In this document: piece by piece, positions 29,482 to 44,874 of the stretch | Position numbering within the stretch: the first letter of the stretch is position 1 | Layout: each line of letters begins with the position of its first letter | NCBI GenBank assembly: GCA_951406725.2 | Contig: OX597823.1 | Span: forward strand, 75,702,001 to 75,766,000 | Length of the DNA stretch: 64,000 bases | Direction: 5' to 3' | DNA from: Octopus vulgaris | Taxonomy: Eukaryota | Position numbers and translations under genes: made by a program | The notes under the pieces: generated by a model | What the model was told of the DNA's origin: nothing | The model's database searches: none | What the model saw: the letters and a program-made list of their open reading frames with translations, nothing else

Positions 29482-31159
29482 TACATATATGTATGTGTGT
29501 ATATATGAATATATAAGTATGGCTGATTGAATATATGTACGTTTGTACCCTACGTTAATTTTCTCTTTCACAAACTTGATAATATGCGCAGTATATTACG
29601 CCTTAATCTCATCCTGTATCAGACAGTCGCTAAACATTATTGCATTTGTTACATTAAAGGGAATCTAAATAATAAATAAAGACCATGAAAATTCCCCTTC
29701 TAAATCTGAGAGCCTGACACAATATTTCTACTTTCTCATTGATGATCCCCTACACACTGTAATAGGTTATCAGAAGATAATTCACGAATCTACTGCGCTT
29801 ATAGAATTACGGTATAGCCTCCATTATAACGTTTCTCCAAGAAATGATTCTTTCATTGGGATAAAATGTTTTTCTGTTTTAAAACACTCAGAAATATTTC
29901 AATATACTAGACATCAAAATGAAATTAGTGTCTCAAATCAATAACTGTCAATTAATGTGATTATTCGGCTAATGCAGACTTCTTTTTTTGCATTTAGAGA
30001 TCAAACATACAACCTTAGCTCTTGAATAACTGAATGAAATATATCAACACCATATAAGAACTCTGAATATATGAGGCAGCTAAAAAGGTAAGTTAGTGAT
30101 TAAATATCTAAAATGGAAAGCATCTATAAGTCTATTTATACTGTTACACTTACAGAAGTCTATAAAGTAATCGCACGAAGTTATACCTCGAAAATGAAAG
30201 ACATTTAAGTTGCTGAAGCTAATGTATTGATGATACTTAGCCAGATAAATACCGTAACAACACAACTGTAATTCAAAGCTTAAGACGCTTAAGCAAATAA
30301 CTTATTAACAAGATTAGAAACTATACTGATTTCACACACTGTTGACAGATATTGTGTGTCCGTTAAGGTTTAACAGTCATTAGGAACTTCTGAAGAATAG
30401 TTCAAATTATTTGTTAACAAAAAATGTTCAACTTTCTATTGATGTAAATCTTAAGCTAAATATATACGTTTAGCACCATTGAAATCTTACATATACAAGA
30501 AGCTGATATTATATAGCAAGTAAAATGCAGATGATTTTTAACACGAACATTCATAGAATCAGATACGACAGAAATAAAGTAAAATGTGTTTACAATAGAA
30601 GGGATTATGAATATAGATTAGAAAATGCTAATTTGACAACAATAGCTTCACGTCTATGATGGCAAAAAATGTTCCGAAACATTAACGTTAAAAATTAACC
30701 CTATAATTACATTAGTTGTTATTGTCGATCTTTTTACGTTTCTATAACTTCTAGTTACATGCAAGACACAAATTATGTCTTTTGAGAAATTGCGGCGAAA
30801 AATATTGTGATAATAGGTCAAAAATGGATTGCTTGCCTCGTTATGACTTGAGAGAATCATTACGCTAATAATAACTAACGTAGGCACTGGTCCAATATTA
30901 GTTCTTTGTTGCTAGTCAATCGGTTAAATATCTAACCTTTCATTAACGACATGCCTCCTCTCTTGAAGGTCTGATTTGAAGACTAAAGGCAAGCTTTGAA
31001 GAGAGGATGCATGTCAACAATGAAGTCGTGAATAGCGACGAAAGGACACATTACAAATAGATGGATTAGTTGGTTAATTATTTAACCATTTGACTAGCAA
31101 TAAGGAAATGATACTGAGCCAGTGTGTGTTTGTTTGTTTGTTTGTTTGTTTGTTTGTGC

Positions 31160-31235
<76 letters not shown>

Positions 31236-31586
31236 TTTTGTTTTGAAACGGTCAGTTTTCGCTCATCGTTGATCGGTCGCATTAGAGACAGGAATTCAAC
31301 TAGACAATAGAACATATTTTTCAGCCTATTTCTCTATACATTCATACTCACACACATGCATTCACACACACGTGTATATGCATACATAAATGTACACACA
31401 CACACATCTACATACATATATAAATACACACACATCTACATACATACACACACACACACATCTACATGCATACATACATACATGCTTTTTATTTTCTTTG
31501 TCACTTCCCTGGCACCTTGCTGCTCTTGGAGACGGTACTTAAACTACCGAGAATAAAACTTTTTCTCTGTTTATTTCTTTTTAACG

Positions 31587-31631
<45 letters not shown>

Positions 31632-33249
31632 CACGTACAAACTCACAAACGCACATACATATATACATACATACATACATATTTTTAAAAACTTTTCTTT
31701 GTCGTTTCACTAGCACCATCCTGTTTTAGGGGACTGGTATAGTGACAAAACCTTTTTCTCAGTCTATTTCGTTTTATCGGCCCTGTCTGCATGGCAAAAT
31801 ACAAAAAGAAAAATATTGACAGAATGAAAAATTTAAGTTGACCAGTTATTAGGGGCCCTGATGCTTAAGCTTCATTACTTTTGTAGTAGATCCACCACTG
31901 CTGACAGCATGAAAAAGACCATCTTTTCCTTCCTACATGATATATTGTAAAGTGGGTGAGACTTTCTAATGGTAACTACACTGTAGAAATTCTGTATTTA
32001 AAAGATGAAATATTTCGTTCTTTCTTAGCATTCTTGATTATTCCATTATATATCATAATGTCAAATTAATAAGTTTTAAAATCAAATTAAGCCAGATTAT
32101 ACGTAATTTTCTGGAAGTCACAGTCATGTATAAGGGAAAGTGTGTAAGTTGGCTGCATATTATATAAACCCCGAAAGATAAATGCAAATTCTATCCCCGC
32201 GGGATTTGAACTCAAGATGTAGTAGGATCTAATCGCAAACTGTGTTGCAAACAGCCCATTCTGTACATGTGTTCAAATGAAAGAAAAGTGATATGGGAAT
32301 TGTGAATCACTATTGAACATATTGCTGAATGGAATAAGAATAATAATAGAAATCTATAGAACGTGCGTTATCTCTATATGTGCTATTGTGTCCGTGTGTT
32401 CACTGTTAGCACGTAACAATAAAGAAACCGTATATATTTGTCTTTGTTGCTTTAACAAACTACACAGACTTTATACACTTGTTATTGATAAGAATTGATG
32501 CAATTGTTATCGAGAGGAAAAAAATATATATAAGAAAATACAAGACAGGCTTAATGAAAATGCAATACAGAAAGCAAAAATCACCGGAAAATTACTTTTG
32601 AAGTTTATGATTACAAGAAGATAGTCTAATTGGAAGATTTGGCTTCATAGCTTTCATCTAAACTGTTACATGTTTAGTAATCAATTAGACTTTCTAGTTA
32701 TCTATTATTTTCCTACTTCTTGCTTTGTTTGTCAAAAGCATGAAGATAAAAGATATGCTGATACAGTCAGGCGCATACACGAACACATACGCATTCGTAT
32801 CCACACAGACAGGCACACACACACACACACAAATGAATATACACACAATTAAGTGTATATGACACATTCAAAGACGTATTCGTACATTAGTAGAGACCTT
32901 TCACCACCAGCAAAATACAAACACATATCTTTCACATGTGGCGTTACGAATTTTTGTTCGTATGTGCATGTATGAGTGTAAAGTTGCATACAAATATACA
33001 CATCTGCACATACTTGTATATAAATATTTTGTTTGGTGTGAGTGTGTATGACTGCATGTTTGTGTGTGTATGTGTTGCGTGCACGTACTTCCATTGCGTG
33101 CATTTGTGTGTTTTGATTTGGAGGCATAAAATATCTCCGCATTAAAGGACACATTAATCCTGAATGAAATTAAAACATGCTGCCTGGAAGCAAATAAAGA
33201 TTGTTAGTACATGATATAATATTAAATAATAACAAGTTAATTTTAGGAC

Positions 33250-33900
33250 CCTCTCTAAAAGTAAACTAACACAAAGTCATGGAATTAAAATATAGTTAAT
33301 TTAGATATGTTCGACAACCCTCTCTAGTTACTGTCGTGAAGCAGGAATTGTGATATTTGAAGTCTATCCAGGCCATGCATAAGTTTTTTGGTACCATTTA
33401 CAGTTCTTCATTGTAAAATGCTCTTGACTCCTTGTCGGTATCCCTTTTATACCACTGACAGAAGATTATTTCCGCAGGGAACGTATATATTTACCCTGGG
33501 GGTACCTGTGAATACTTTCCATAGGAGGTAAAGACAAGCAATGGGTCGGTAATTGCCAACCTCAATGCCCTTTCACCGATCCTTCATTAGCAATACTGTT
33601 CTTCCCTCAACCATCCACTCCGGATCTGTACCGCTCTGTAGGCAATTGTATAATTGCAACGCAATTTTCTATCTATTGACCTAAACACTTGAGCCAGTAG
33701 CTTTGAGTTCCGTCTGCTCCGGCCGCTTTCTAGTTAGGCAGTTTTGACATCATCCGTTATGCGCACATGGCCCTGTTGTGAAAACTGTCGTGATGGAGTT
33801 CGGATCTCACGGAATGAATCTACTCAGCATTGTGGTGGTGCGAATCTTCTTGCCCCTCGATGTTATTCAAACATTGGTGGGTTTCTCTGCGGTTTGTGCC
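33250..33900 (-). mobile_element. R4/Dong-clade non-LTR retrotransposon RT remnant
   Basis: Minus strand: PEWMVEGRTVLLMKDR*KGIEVGNYRPIACLYLLWKVFTG and NLCMAWIDF. Confidence 0.8.
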
Positions 33901-33957
33901 CATAGCACATCTTGCCTCTCTCTAGCCCCTCTCTAGCCCCTCTCTAGCCCCTCTTAA

Positions 33958-34150
33958 AGCAACGGACTGGTAGAATCATTAGCACACCAAACAAAATGCT
34001 GAGCGGTATTTTGTCTGTCTCAAATTTCGCCGAGGTTGACTTTGCCAATCATTCTTTTGGTGCCGATAAAATAAGTACCATTACGTACTGGGGTCGACAG
34101 AATAGAATATCCCCCTACCCTTAAATTTCAATCGTTGTGCCTATTTTAGT
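33958..34150 (+). mobile_element. tRNA-derived SINE (OR-like family), internally deleted
   Basis: tagaatcattagcac...aaatgctgagcggtattt...gccgaggttgactttgcc...gataaaataagtacca. Confidence 0.75.
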
Positions 34151-34162
34151 GAAATATTATTA

Positions 34163-34197
<35 letters not shown>

Positions 34198-35109
34198 GTT
34201 GTTGTTGTTGTTGTTGTTGTTGTTATTGTTGTTTTTATTGCTGTAGTGATTTGTCCTCATCTCCCCGTTTTGTGTGCTATGCTGGTTCATTCTGATAGAA
34301 TGCGCATCTCGTGAGATTAGGTAACCTGTACCTGTCTTAAAATCATCACAGTAGCTAATAAACTAGTTTCCTGCGTAACAGTGGAGTTAATGTTACAACC
34401 AAAATGTTCTTCGAATTTTTGGCAATTTCCTTTTTACGGTATTCATCTCGCAGATGACAAGCAGTATCATCTTTATAATCTTATATTCCCAGAAGCGGGA
34501 AAATCTCGCATCCCAAATCATTTTACTTACCATGCTTTTCCAGTTCTTTCTATTTTACTCTGGTATATACAGCATTATATATCGACGAGGTGTCCTGCCG
34601 AAGTGTTACATGACCTTATCTGTCGGCAGTTTACAATACAAGATCTTTGTATTCTTCATTCACCAGAACTACTATCTAATCTGTATGTATGCGTACATAT
34701 ATGCTCATATATGCCAATTTTCTCTATATATGTATAGGTGTAACAACGGATACATTCTACATCAAGTCAATTATTAGCAGACGACGTACAAAACATACCA
34801 TTAATAATTTTGATACTACAGCCGCTACTACTGTGGCTATAATTTACGGCGATGAAGATGTGATGATGATGATACGATAATGAAGATATTGGTGAGGATG
34901 AAAAGCATGACGATCATGATATTGATAGAAGCGATGACATATTATGCAAGCGTAATATTAGCGACGGAAACCGATGCGACGCTGTCTGTACATAGCTGAC
35001 AGCGCATAAAATTTATGCTGATTATTTTAAATATGATTGCTGCCACTAATTGCAAATGTCTAAGTGTCAGTTGGACACCCATGCTTGGAGCGAAGATATA
35101 CATATATAC

Positions 35110-35189
<80 letters not shown>

Positions 35190-35315
35190 ATATATATATA
35201 TATATTTATATATATAGACGTATGCATGTACATATACATACATACACACACATACATATATATGCATGCATATATACACGCGCGACCACACATACACTCA
35301 TGAACACGTTTATCA

Positions 35316-35358
<43 letters not shown>

Positions 35359-35734
35359 CACACATTTTTTATACAACAGTTGACTTGCGTACATATGTAC
35401 CCATTTATATATTTACGAGTGTATGAGTGCAAACGTATAAATAGGTGCTATGAACGTAAGACTGCTCTTGTATAAATCTGTGTGTATGTATGTGGCTCTA
35501 TGTATATTATGCCTTACGTGTGCACGTGAGTGTGTGAATGTGTGCCTGCGCGTGCTTGGACTGACACACATATTATTATTATTATTATTATCATAGCTAC
35601 TAGTATAAAATGGAGCGAGACAAATGTCAATAGGTGATGATGTACATTACAGTTAAAAGACTGGCGGTTATATTGAAGAGGAAAAACAAGACTGTTCAGA
35701 GGTGCGAGGGAAGCAACTGGTGCTGTAAAGTGCT

Positions 35735-36703
35735 TTACGATACTTAGGAGATGGCACAGTATACTGATGAGAAGTGGATACGAGTCTCGTTGGTCGCTGA
35801 TAAGTTCTTTAAGGAGGAACCATTGAAAACACTCGGCTTAACAATGTTCATAAAAAATACATAGAAAATAGACAAAAAAGCCATACGACGACGATGAGAA
35901 AGTGAAACCAATTTAGAAGGTACATCAGGACCAATAGCATTACAGATACAGTGTCGAATGTGGTTAAACAATCCACAGCAGCACATGCCTATATGTGACA
36001 AGGGCGAATGGTGGACTTAAAAAGAAAAGGAACATTCTCAGGAGTGAGATAACTCCTAGAACGAAGGAGTGAGTCTACCATCTTTGCAGCCGATTTGGCA
36101 AGAGATTCAGTGTAAATCCTCCAAGAAAAATCATCACAGAAACTCACTCCTAGGAGACGGCGAGAACGACTTTCAGGTAAGTCAATACCATCCATTGTAA
36201 CCAATGGCAGCAAAGGATGTCTGAAACAATTAATTGAAAGGAGTTTAGTTTTCGATGGATTGAACGTTACAAGCCATCTACTCCACTCAACAATAGTTTA
36301 AAGATCATTCTCAAGGTAAGCAGCAACCTCAACTTTATCAAACAAGTTGTCAGATTTGTCCAAACAAGAGTACAAAGTAGAGTAATCAGCATAGTTTACT
36401 AGCTGACAAATGATACGACCAGGCAGACCAATGTTAATAAAGAAGAAAAAGAGTCGGGCCCAGGATAGATCCTTAAGGAACCCCGGCATTATTAGAATAA
36501 CTAGATGAAGTTTGGCCAACAAGAACAACCTTGATCCTACGTTTATAAAGGAAAGAGGAGATGATGTTCAGCATGGAAATTGACACACCAAAGGATTGGA
36601 GCTTCCATAGAAGTCCAGCATGCCAAACCCTATAAAATACTTTAGAGATATCAAGAACAACTGCCCTAGCTTGACCAGATACATTCAACACACTCGGATA
36701 CAC
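35735..36703 (-). mobile_element. CR1/L2/Jockey-group LINE reverse transcriptase remnant
   Basis: VLDISKVFYRVWHAGLLWKLQSFG..NAGVP*GSILGP; YADYST; LLGVSF; KSTIRPC. Confidence 0.85.
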
Positions 36704-36789
36704 GCTGGTCTACATGGTTTTTGATGTTTAGGAAACACACATCATTCCTATACCAAAGCGGTCTCCTGAATCCAAATTTTTATAACCTA

Positions 36790-37265
36790 AGTTTGAAGGG
36801 AATTAACCGGAAAAATTGACAAACGTTTCTCTATCCTAATCTTGCCTCTGCAATTAGACCGGTTCCACACAATGAAGAGCTTCTTTTTCTTGTCAACGTC
36901 TTGCCTCAGATAATTTTACCTTCAACCAAAGAGGATTTAGCACCCGAAGATGACACAAGTGATCAATACTTTTCAGACTTTACCTCAGCTATTCTCTCAG
37001 GTGAGCTTGATGATCTAGTTTGTTTCTTGAAACGCCACCACACCAAATAATAATAATAATAATTCTGCCGAACCGTTGGTTTCCCGACTATAAGAGAAGA
37101 ATCTTCTAGAGAATGGTGTCCGTATATCCTTTTATGGGAGTCGGCATGAAGATTTCCTTTCTTTCTTTACAAAAGACGAAGAGCTAGTTTACTGCATATA
37201 TGTCAGTGGGCTTCTTAATAAACTTAGCATTGAGGCGTACAAACCAGGGTAATGGCGTCTATCTC
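36790..37265 (+). mobile_element. Chapaev3-like (CMC superfamily) transposase remnant
   Basis: GIN.KN...YPNLASAIRPVPHNEEL; SGELDDLV; FLSFFTKDEELVYCIYVSGLLNKLSIEAYKPG*WRL. The family assignment is from recalled motifs only. Confidence 0.6.
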
Positions 37266-37741
37266 GCGATAGGCTACACTAGTAAGCGCCCTAACTATTG
37301 ATCACTCGTATATGTATATCGTGAAATGAAAAAACTCGATTGAGATTAACGACGAACGTAGAGTTTTAACAGAATCGAAATTAGTGAATGATTTAAATGG
37401 GAATTTGGGTATGACTTCGCCTTTGTGACCTTGGACAATTAAAGACACTGGAAGACAAAAGGCTAGAAAGGAGTTGGTGGTGCGTTTCAATGGTTAAGAT
37501 GAGCGGTAGTGACAGTGCGTAGCTACATAAATTAGAATGTATCTGGTTTGGAAACCGGATATAAATATTTTCTCGTATTGCTTTTCATTGTGGTATGTAC
37601 ATGTGCATTTTGAGCATAGTGTGAGTAAGCGTAGTGGTTTTGGTTAGCCAGGATGTTGCGACCTGGTAAGCAGTGTGAAAACGTATAAGTAAGAATGAGA
37701 GGTGGTTGAAGAGACTGTGTGTGTGATCCTATTCATTAAAC

Positions 37742-37804
37742 AGACTATATATAGCAATACGGAGACTATATATGGCAATACGGACACTATATATGGCAAT
37801 ACGG
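37742..37804 (+). repeat. 21-bp minisatellite x3 (agactatatatggcaatacgg)
   Basis: Direct reading; one substitution per unit. Confidence 0.9.
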
Positions 37805-38666
37805 AAATTGTAATTTTAATGAGTGCAAGTACATAGACAATGCATGTAGCGTTATGATACAACTACAATACAACTACAACGACTTACAACGTTTAATCTT
37901 CATTTCGAAAACTGATTCAGCCATCCAACCTACACAGTCCAACTAGTTTTATTTAATCTACAGTTATGGACCTCCTCAAGTACGTACCAATATATTTTCT
38001 CAGCCCTGTAGGATAACACTTGTTAACATCACACAAATATAAGCCTCTCAGTGTATCAACTGAGAATCGTATATTATTTCCAGAACGCCATAGATTCCCT
38101 TCCTCTCGCGAACTTATAACTCCACAACTTAAAGTGCATTCGGCTTGCATTGAAATAATTTCCATAGCACACAGAATATTTTCATAAGCATCATTCTCAT
38201 GTATGTATTCACTGATTTCAAAACAAGAATTATCTCTTCCTTATATTATTTAATGGTTATTGACAATATTACAAAGTATTACAGAAATTTAAACGGTTCT
38301 ATTTCTTAAATAGATAGTGTATCAGGTAGCGGTATGACGCAGTCTGAATATCACCGAATGCAATATCTCTCAGATTGTATACTGATGCCCAATTTAGGCC
38401 GACTAATCAACCAATATACACAGTCATCCAATACGACGTATTACAGTCAAATGCGCACTTGATTTCCTCGTCTTTGGACAGCCAAGCTTGGGTTTTATTT
38501 AATGCATTAATGTAGCCATACACAAGCAAAAACATTTCCGATACACTGAGATGTCTCCAGCAATGAAAAAATGGTTAGTGTTTCTGCTGAAACAAAGATT
38601 TCGCGTCTCGCATCAGTAAGGAAAATATAATGACTAAACAGAAATTTATCTGTCTATCTATCTATA

Positions 38667-38709
<43 letters not shown>

Positions 38710-38840
38710 TCATACATACGTATGTGTATGTGTTTATTTATGTATATATATATATATATATATATTTATATACATATAAATACACACGGATATATATATA
38801 TAAATATGTATATATATATATATGTGTATGTATGTATGTA

Positions 38841-38908
<68 letters not shown>

Positions 38909-39340
38909 TATACATATGCACACATATATATTATTATATTTATATATATATGTATGTATGTATGCATATACATTATACATATACACACATCTGAACAAAG
39001 ACTTGCAGACACATACACACACGCACATATATGTATATTGTATACAACACTAAACCAACATATCTCTAAAAAAGTGAAAAGCAATAAATATCGTAAATTC
39101 ACGGAACAATGCCTATATCAAAGAGAGGAAGATTAGAGTGGAGACTTGCAACAGAATGTTCATAATGGCGTGTATTAGACAAAAGGTATTTAATGATAAG
39201 ATCGGGAGTTATATAAAACATATATAAGTAGATAAGGAAAAAAGAGTAGCAATAAAGTATCTCTTACTTCCTTTGCTGCAATTAAAATGTATTAAAATAT
39301 AAATAAACAAATTTAGACTAAAGTATAAATACAGTAACTA

Positions 39341-39394
<54 letters not shown>

Positions 39395-41859
39395 GGAAGA
39401 GAACAAAAAACACATATACAATGGGATATTGAAGAAAAGGAGGTGAATTCCGGGATAATACTATGTTCTAGTATTACACTATGGCAACTTAGAAGCCATA
39501 ATCTTTGGTTAAATTTATGAAGTTTGATTGTGATATAGTTATAAGTAATTATAAAACGTCATATTTGATTTGTGTCAAGGTATATGACACAGGCCTGAAA
39601 TGATATGGAAATTAAGAAGGTTGTTTTACCATTCAATGTGTGTAATCGCAGAAGCTCAGGAGTTAATTTTCCTAGCATTGCGTTGCTCCTTAAATAAGGA
39701 GCCAACAAGGAGACACCGGTATTGTACAGTGGATTAAATAATGTAGAAATAATATTAATAGAAGCATGGTAAAATAGAGTAGACCGCTTGTTAGATGACA
39801 CCACAACCATTGATGCTTGATTTATACCACGTAGAGAATGTCCTGTCAGACTAGAAGAATACTAGTGATGTTTCTACACTAAAAAGCATAAGGCGATCTC
39901 ATGCGAGCATTATTGGTGTATTTGACTAGAGGATGTATTCAGGAATAATTTTGCAACTCACTTAGACAATAGACAGTTTGGGAATGTCGCAAAGAGGAAG
40001 AAACATCTGAGCTATGGTATTTTCTCTTCGTCATTATTACAGGAAATGTATCAAACATTGCAATGAACGTATGTATAGTAATTGTTAATTTTACGGTAGC
40101 CACTCGACTATTTCATTATTAGCTTAAACTTGCTTGGGTGTAAGAAATAATGTATAGGGTGTGTGTTGTATATAATGGTTTATAATGTTATGCAGTGCAA
40201 AATCAAATCCGTACAATTTTATATGTCAGAGGGAATGAAGATGGCCTCCAAATTTCATTTTCGTGTATATATCGGCAATGCCTGAAAAGCCATTTTCTCG
40301 AAGGTGTCTACATGCATAGAAAATTCTTTGCTAAATTTTTCATGTTTTACTCTTAAATATAATACAATATAAAATATGTTAATATTAGAGTAATTGTTGT
40401 GTTGATCTCTGTCGGGCGATTAACACGCACTACAAGTATGTTCTTTCAGGTAAATAATTGATGCTAATATTAATATTTAAAAGTGTGCATCATGACGTTA
40501 CAAATTTTATTTCCCAATAGAGGTTCGAATATTATCTTCGGACAGAAAGGGGAAAACAAAAAAAAAAACTACGCTGTATCAATGCTGAACTCATTGGCGT
40601 CCGTTAGCTTCCATCATATCTCTGGAACCAGACTGACATCCTGTAAGTATTATATGTGTGAGAGAAGAGAGAGTAAGTAGCACGGATCACTATAGCCACC
40701 TATAATAACTGGACAGGTCGAAATTTCCCAGACCGGTGTCCTGGCAATAATAAACATGAGAAATCGACATCTCAATACTATTGTGGAAAGAGATATGAAT
40801 AATTCTTTATTAGTCACGCACTGACCGAATCAAGTTGCATAATCTATTATCATCAAAGACGAAAGACAGACAATTTGGGACAAGCAAATAATAATGTGCA
40901 CAGTGGTAGTACAGGGAGTAATATTCTAGATGAAATGTCACACATGACTGCAGCACGAGAAAAGCTAGCACGGGATTCGTATAGGAGGGAGAACAATTGC
41001 GTAACTGCAAGCTGGAATCCAATTGTAAAATGTTTCGTGCAATTACTATTACCATTGCGGTTTTACAGATCTGAAGAATCGAGACGTCAGAGCAAATAGA
41101 TTGCATTCATATTCAACCACAAGAGACAAGTGTTGCAAAATGAGGTCAGGGACATACGCATCCAAAAGTCAATCAAGTAAACAATATTGTTGTAATGAAA
41201 ACAACAAGGGAACGTAATGGTTTATATTGGACAGGCTACCGTGCCTCTTCCTAAGCCCGTTATTATCCCTATAAAATAATTAACATAATAAAGGTCTTTG
41301 GCAACTTATCCATACAGAAGAGAAAGCAGTGAAATCATTAGCGCATATAGACATTTTTCTCAATCATGTACATCTCGAAAGTAAGAAAGGAAATTAGCAA
41401 TTTTAAAATCTGTGAAATGCTTACGTGATTCCCTTTTATTGAAAACAATGGGAGAAGGATATTGATATATTGCGTCATAAGCTTTGACCGAATGCGTGTG
41501 CTCCTAGCACATATAGTAATAGATTTATGTATAATTTACTACTTAAAATTATACTTTTGTTATAAGACGATTTAAAGCGTGGGAAGTGGTCCTTACATTC
41601 GCAGAAGAGATTGTGTGACTCATTCAATGGATTTTAAGTTGATCTGCAAGAAAAATAGGCGAGTAAACCGTGATTGCAATTCCAGAGATTAACTGTAGAA
41701 TTTTAGTAACTCCACGAGTAAAGGTAGGATATATAGGTAGGTCTTTTTAGACATGGAATTACAGCAAAAGAAAAAGAATAAAGATGGTCGCCTATTTATT
41801 CATTTTCGAACATTTTTGGCGAATTATACATTCTTAAGAAGATGACTTGCATTTCTTTC

Positions 41860-43200
41860 AATTGCTCTTATTGCTCTGGATGTACTGCTGTAGCCGAACC
41901 GAAACCTTTTCTCTTACAAAAGGAACTTGTTGTAGTTGTATGCACAAAATATTTGCCACCAAATGCCTCGAGGCATGATTGTAAATTTGATAATAGTCTT
42001 TGATGCATAGAAGAGGTATTGACAGACTCGGACCAACACCTTATTATATACTCTTCCCGGGTGACTTCAACCTCCCAAATGTTAAATGATCTGAAGAGCA
42101 CATTCTTTCTGGGATGTCAGTGTATGAACAAAAGCAAGTAGAACTATTACTTGAACTTTGTAATTTGCAGTTGATGGAAGCAATTATACTCCAGCAAACC
42201 AGGGGTAATATCTTGGATTCTTGCTTTACAAATAGCAGCATTTTCAGACCACAACGTTGTAGAACTAACAATGTATGATCCTAGGCAAACTGCTGGCGTC
42301 TACCCATCTAGAATTTCAATAATACTAAATGGAAATCAATCTTTATAGAACGCAGATCAAAAGTTGATCGCCAGTTGAGTAGGCAACTGAAGGAAACGGA
42401 CACGCTTGGAAATTGAAAACAAAATCAAACTTATCCAAGAAAATGAAAGATCAGAGAGAGATGAGAGAGAGAGAGAGAGAGAGTGAGAGAGAGCTGTTGT
42501 GCAAAGTATAAAAACAAACCATAAAGTTTTCTATAAATTAGCAAAGCAATCAATCGCGGTAAATTCAAAATAGGTACGTTTTCCCAAGGGATCGACTCAC
42601 TGATCACGGACCCGAAAAGGATGACTGAAGTGCTCAATGAATAATTTAAAAGTTTCTTCACCTTTATCTCGTCCCATGGCGATAAAAAAAAAGCCTGTTG
42701 AATTCTTTAACATTACTCCTCTGCAGGCAAAGGTGGCAAACATCGATTACATCGGCTTTGAAGAGGTAGATGAAACAGCAGTCATAGACGAAATGGGCTG
42801 AAGCTCAGCGATTCAGGCAGATTGTTTCTAAGCTCTAGTCCTGGAGTTACGTATGCAGGATTTAGCCAATCTTTTTCAGATACTTTCCCAGTATTTCCTT
42901 AGAGGTGCTAAACAACCTAAAAAGTTAAAAGTAGTCATTATCTACCTTATCCATTAGAGAATGAGCGGGCATAGATTATAATATTCAAGCCAATCCGTCT
43001 TCACATATTGATAGACATGGAATGAGTGGTCAGAGGAAGAAAATCTGATAATATTCCTCAAAGAAAATGACTTCATGGACTTCGTCTAGGAAGAAGTTGC
43101 CTCTCACAGCTCTTCTGGCTCTATCACTGGGTTTTGAAGAATTTTCTTGACCATTCAGATTTTCATATTATGTCGCCTGATTTGGCAAAGATGATATGAA
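41860..43200 (+). mobile_element. CR1-like LINE ORF2 remnant (AP endonuclease + RT N-part)
   Basis: KYLPPNA, ILFPGDFNLPNV, QTRGNILDSCFTN, LITDPKRMTEVLNE*FKSFFT, HGLRLGRSCLSQL, PDLAK. Confidence 0.8.
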
Positions 43201-43382
43201 ACACCCCAAACCTGAAGAAATCAGCGAACAAGAAATATGTAAAAGTACAAAATCTAGGCGGTGCTAGAACCAGACCACAGCCGTAAGGCTAAAACAAACA
43301 GAATGATAAAGTATTCTCCCTTTCTTTCTATTTCTCTGTCGGTATGTTTGTCTGTCTTCTCCCTCTCTCTCAGTCACTCGAC

Positions 43383-43417
<35 letters not shown>

Positions 43418-43486
43418 CACATAGATATATATAAGGCATACATATGTATAACTACATACATATATACATATATACACACACACACG

Positions 43487-43538
<52 letters not shown>

Positions 43539-43678
43539 ATGTTTAAAGATCAAGGAAAGAAACGCTGCATTAAATGTAGTTCTTCAGAAGATACAACCAT
43601 ATATGTATTATGTGAAAGCGTTTTTCTACATATGTACTCATATATAAGGATATGTGAAACCATCTATTGACATATAAG

Positions 43679-43710
<32 letters not shown>

Positions 43711-43785
43711 TATATCAACATACGCATATACGCATGTACACATATGTGTGTGCGTGTCTGTGTGAGAGAGAGTATGTAGCTATAA

Positions 43786-43841
<56 letters not shown>

Positions 43842-44105
43842 ATACGTGTGCCTGCATGCATATATGGACGCCTTTTGTTGTTTCTGATACAGTAATAAAT
43901 TATATCCACATTTGATGCGATTGCTCCTTTCCGTTTCCCGTTCTCCCTCTGTCTTTCGAATATCTGTCCGTTTTCTTTTGTTCCTTCGTTTCTCTACATT
44001 CCACTCTCACTTCTACATTTTCAAATCTCTGTCACCACTTTATCTCGCTCATCATAGAGAAGCTTTGTATATATACAATCACACAAACATTCACTGACTC
44101 ATATA

Positions 44106-44152
<47 letters not shown>

Positions 44153-44163
44153 TTATTTATATA

Positions 44164-44266
<103 letters not shown>

Positions 44267-44269
44267 TGT

Positions 44270-44495
44270 ATAACTTTGCTTTGATGTGTCAAATTCCTGG
44301 AAGTTGAAACGAACCAACCAACTGTTCAAAATTCATTGCATCATTTGCCAGAAAAACCTTTGTGCAAATATTTCGAATTTATAACTTAATGATGAGATGA
44401 AAGTAGTTGTGTAAATTGTGAATTTCCTCATCACACAATTTGCTTTTACTCATACGCAATTTCATGCAACTCAAGGAGAATTGCATAGCGTTGAT
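44270..44495 (+). mobile_element. hAT (Buster/SPIN-like) transposase fragment within (TA)n
   Basis: IHCIICQKNLCAN...VVV*IVNFL...FTHTQF matches the HCIIHQE.LCAK...IVNFI...HRQF motif. Confidence 0.7.
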
Positions 44496-44520
44496 ATACA
44501 TACCTACGACACAAACAGAC

Positions 44521-44597
<77 letters not shown>

Positions 44598-44626
44598 TCA
44601 CATGTGCATATATGTTGCATACTAAA

Positions 44627-44673
<47 letters not shown>

Positions 44674-44814
44674 TATACATACATATATATATATATATAA
44701 ATGTATATATATATATATACGTATAAATATATTTATATCTATATACACATACATATATATATAAATACACGCACATATATGTGTAATTTGTATGTCTGTA
44801 TTTAGGTGTCTATT

Positions 44815-44874
<60 letters not shown>

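Noticed and set aside
34531-34680. Minus-strand exon ending at a GTAAGT donor
   Set aside because: Stops in all frames and a weak acceptor; more likely decayed LINE sequence.
37742-37804. CRISPR-like repeat array
   Set aside because: Head-to-tail minisatellite without spacers, in eukaryotic DNA.
43575-43632. HHR-like cagaaga...gaaagcgtt
   Set aside because: Core mismatch and poor stem I and II pairing.
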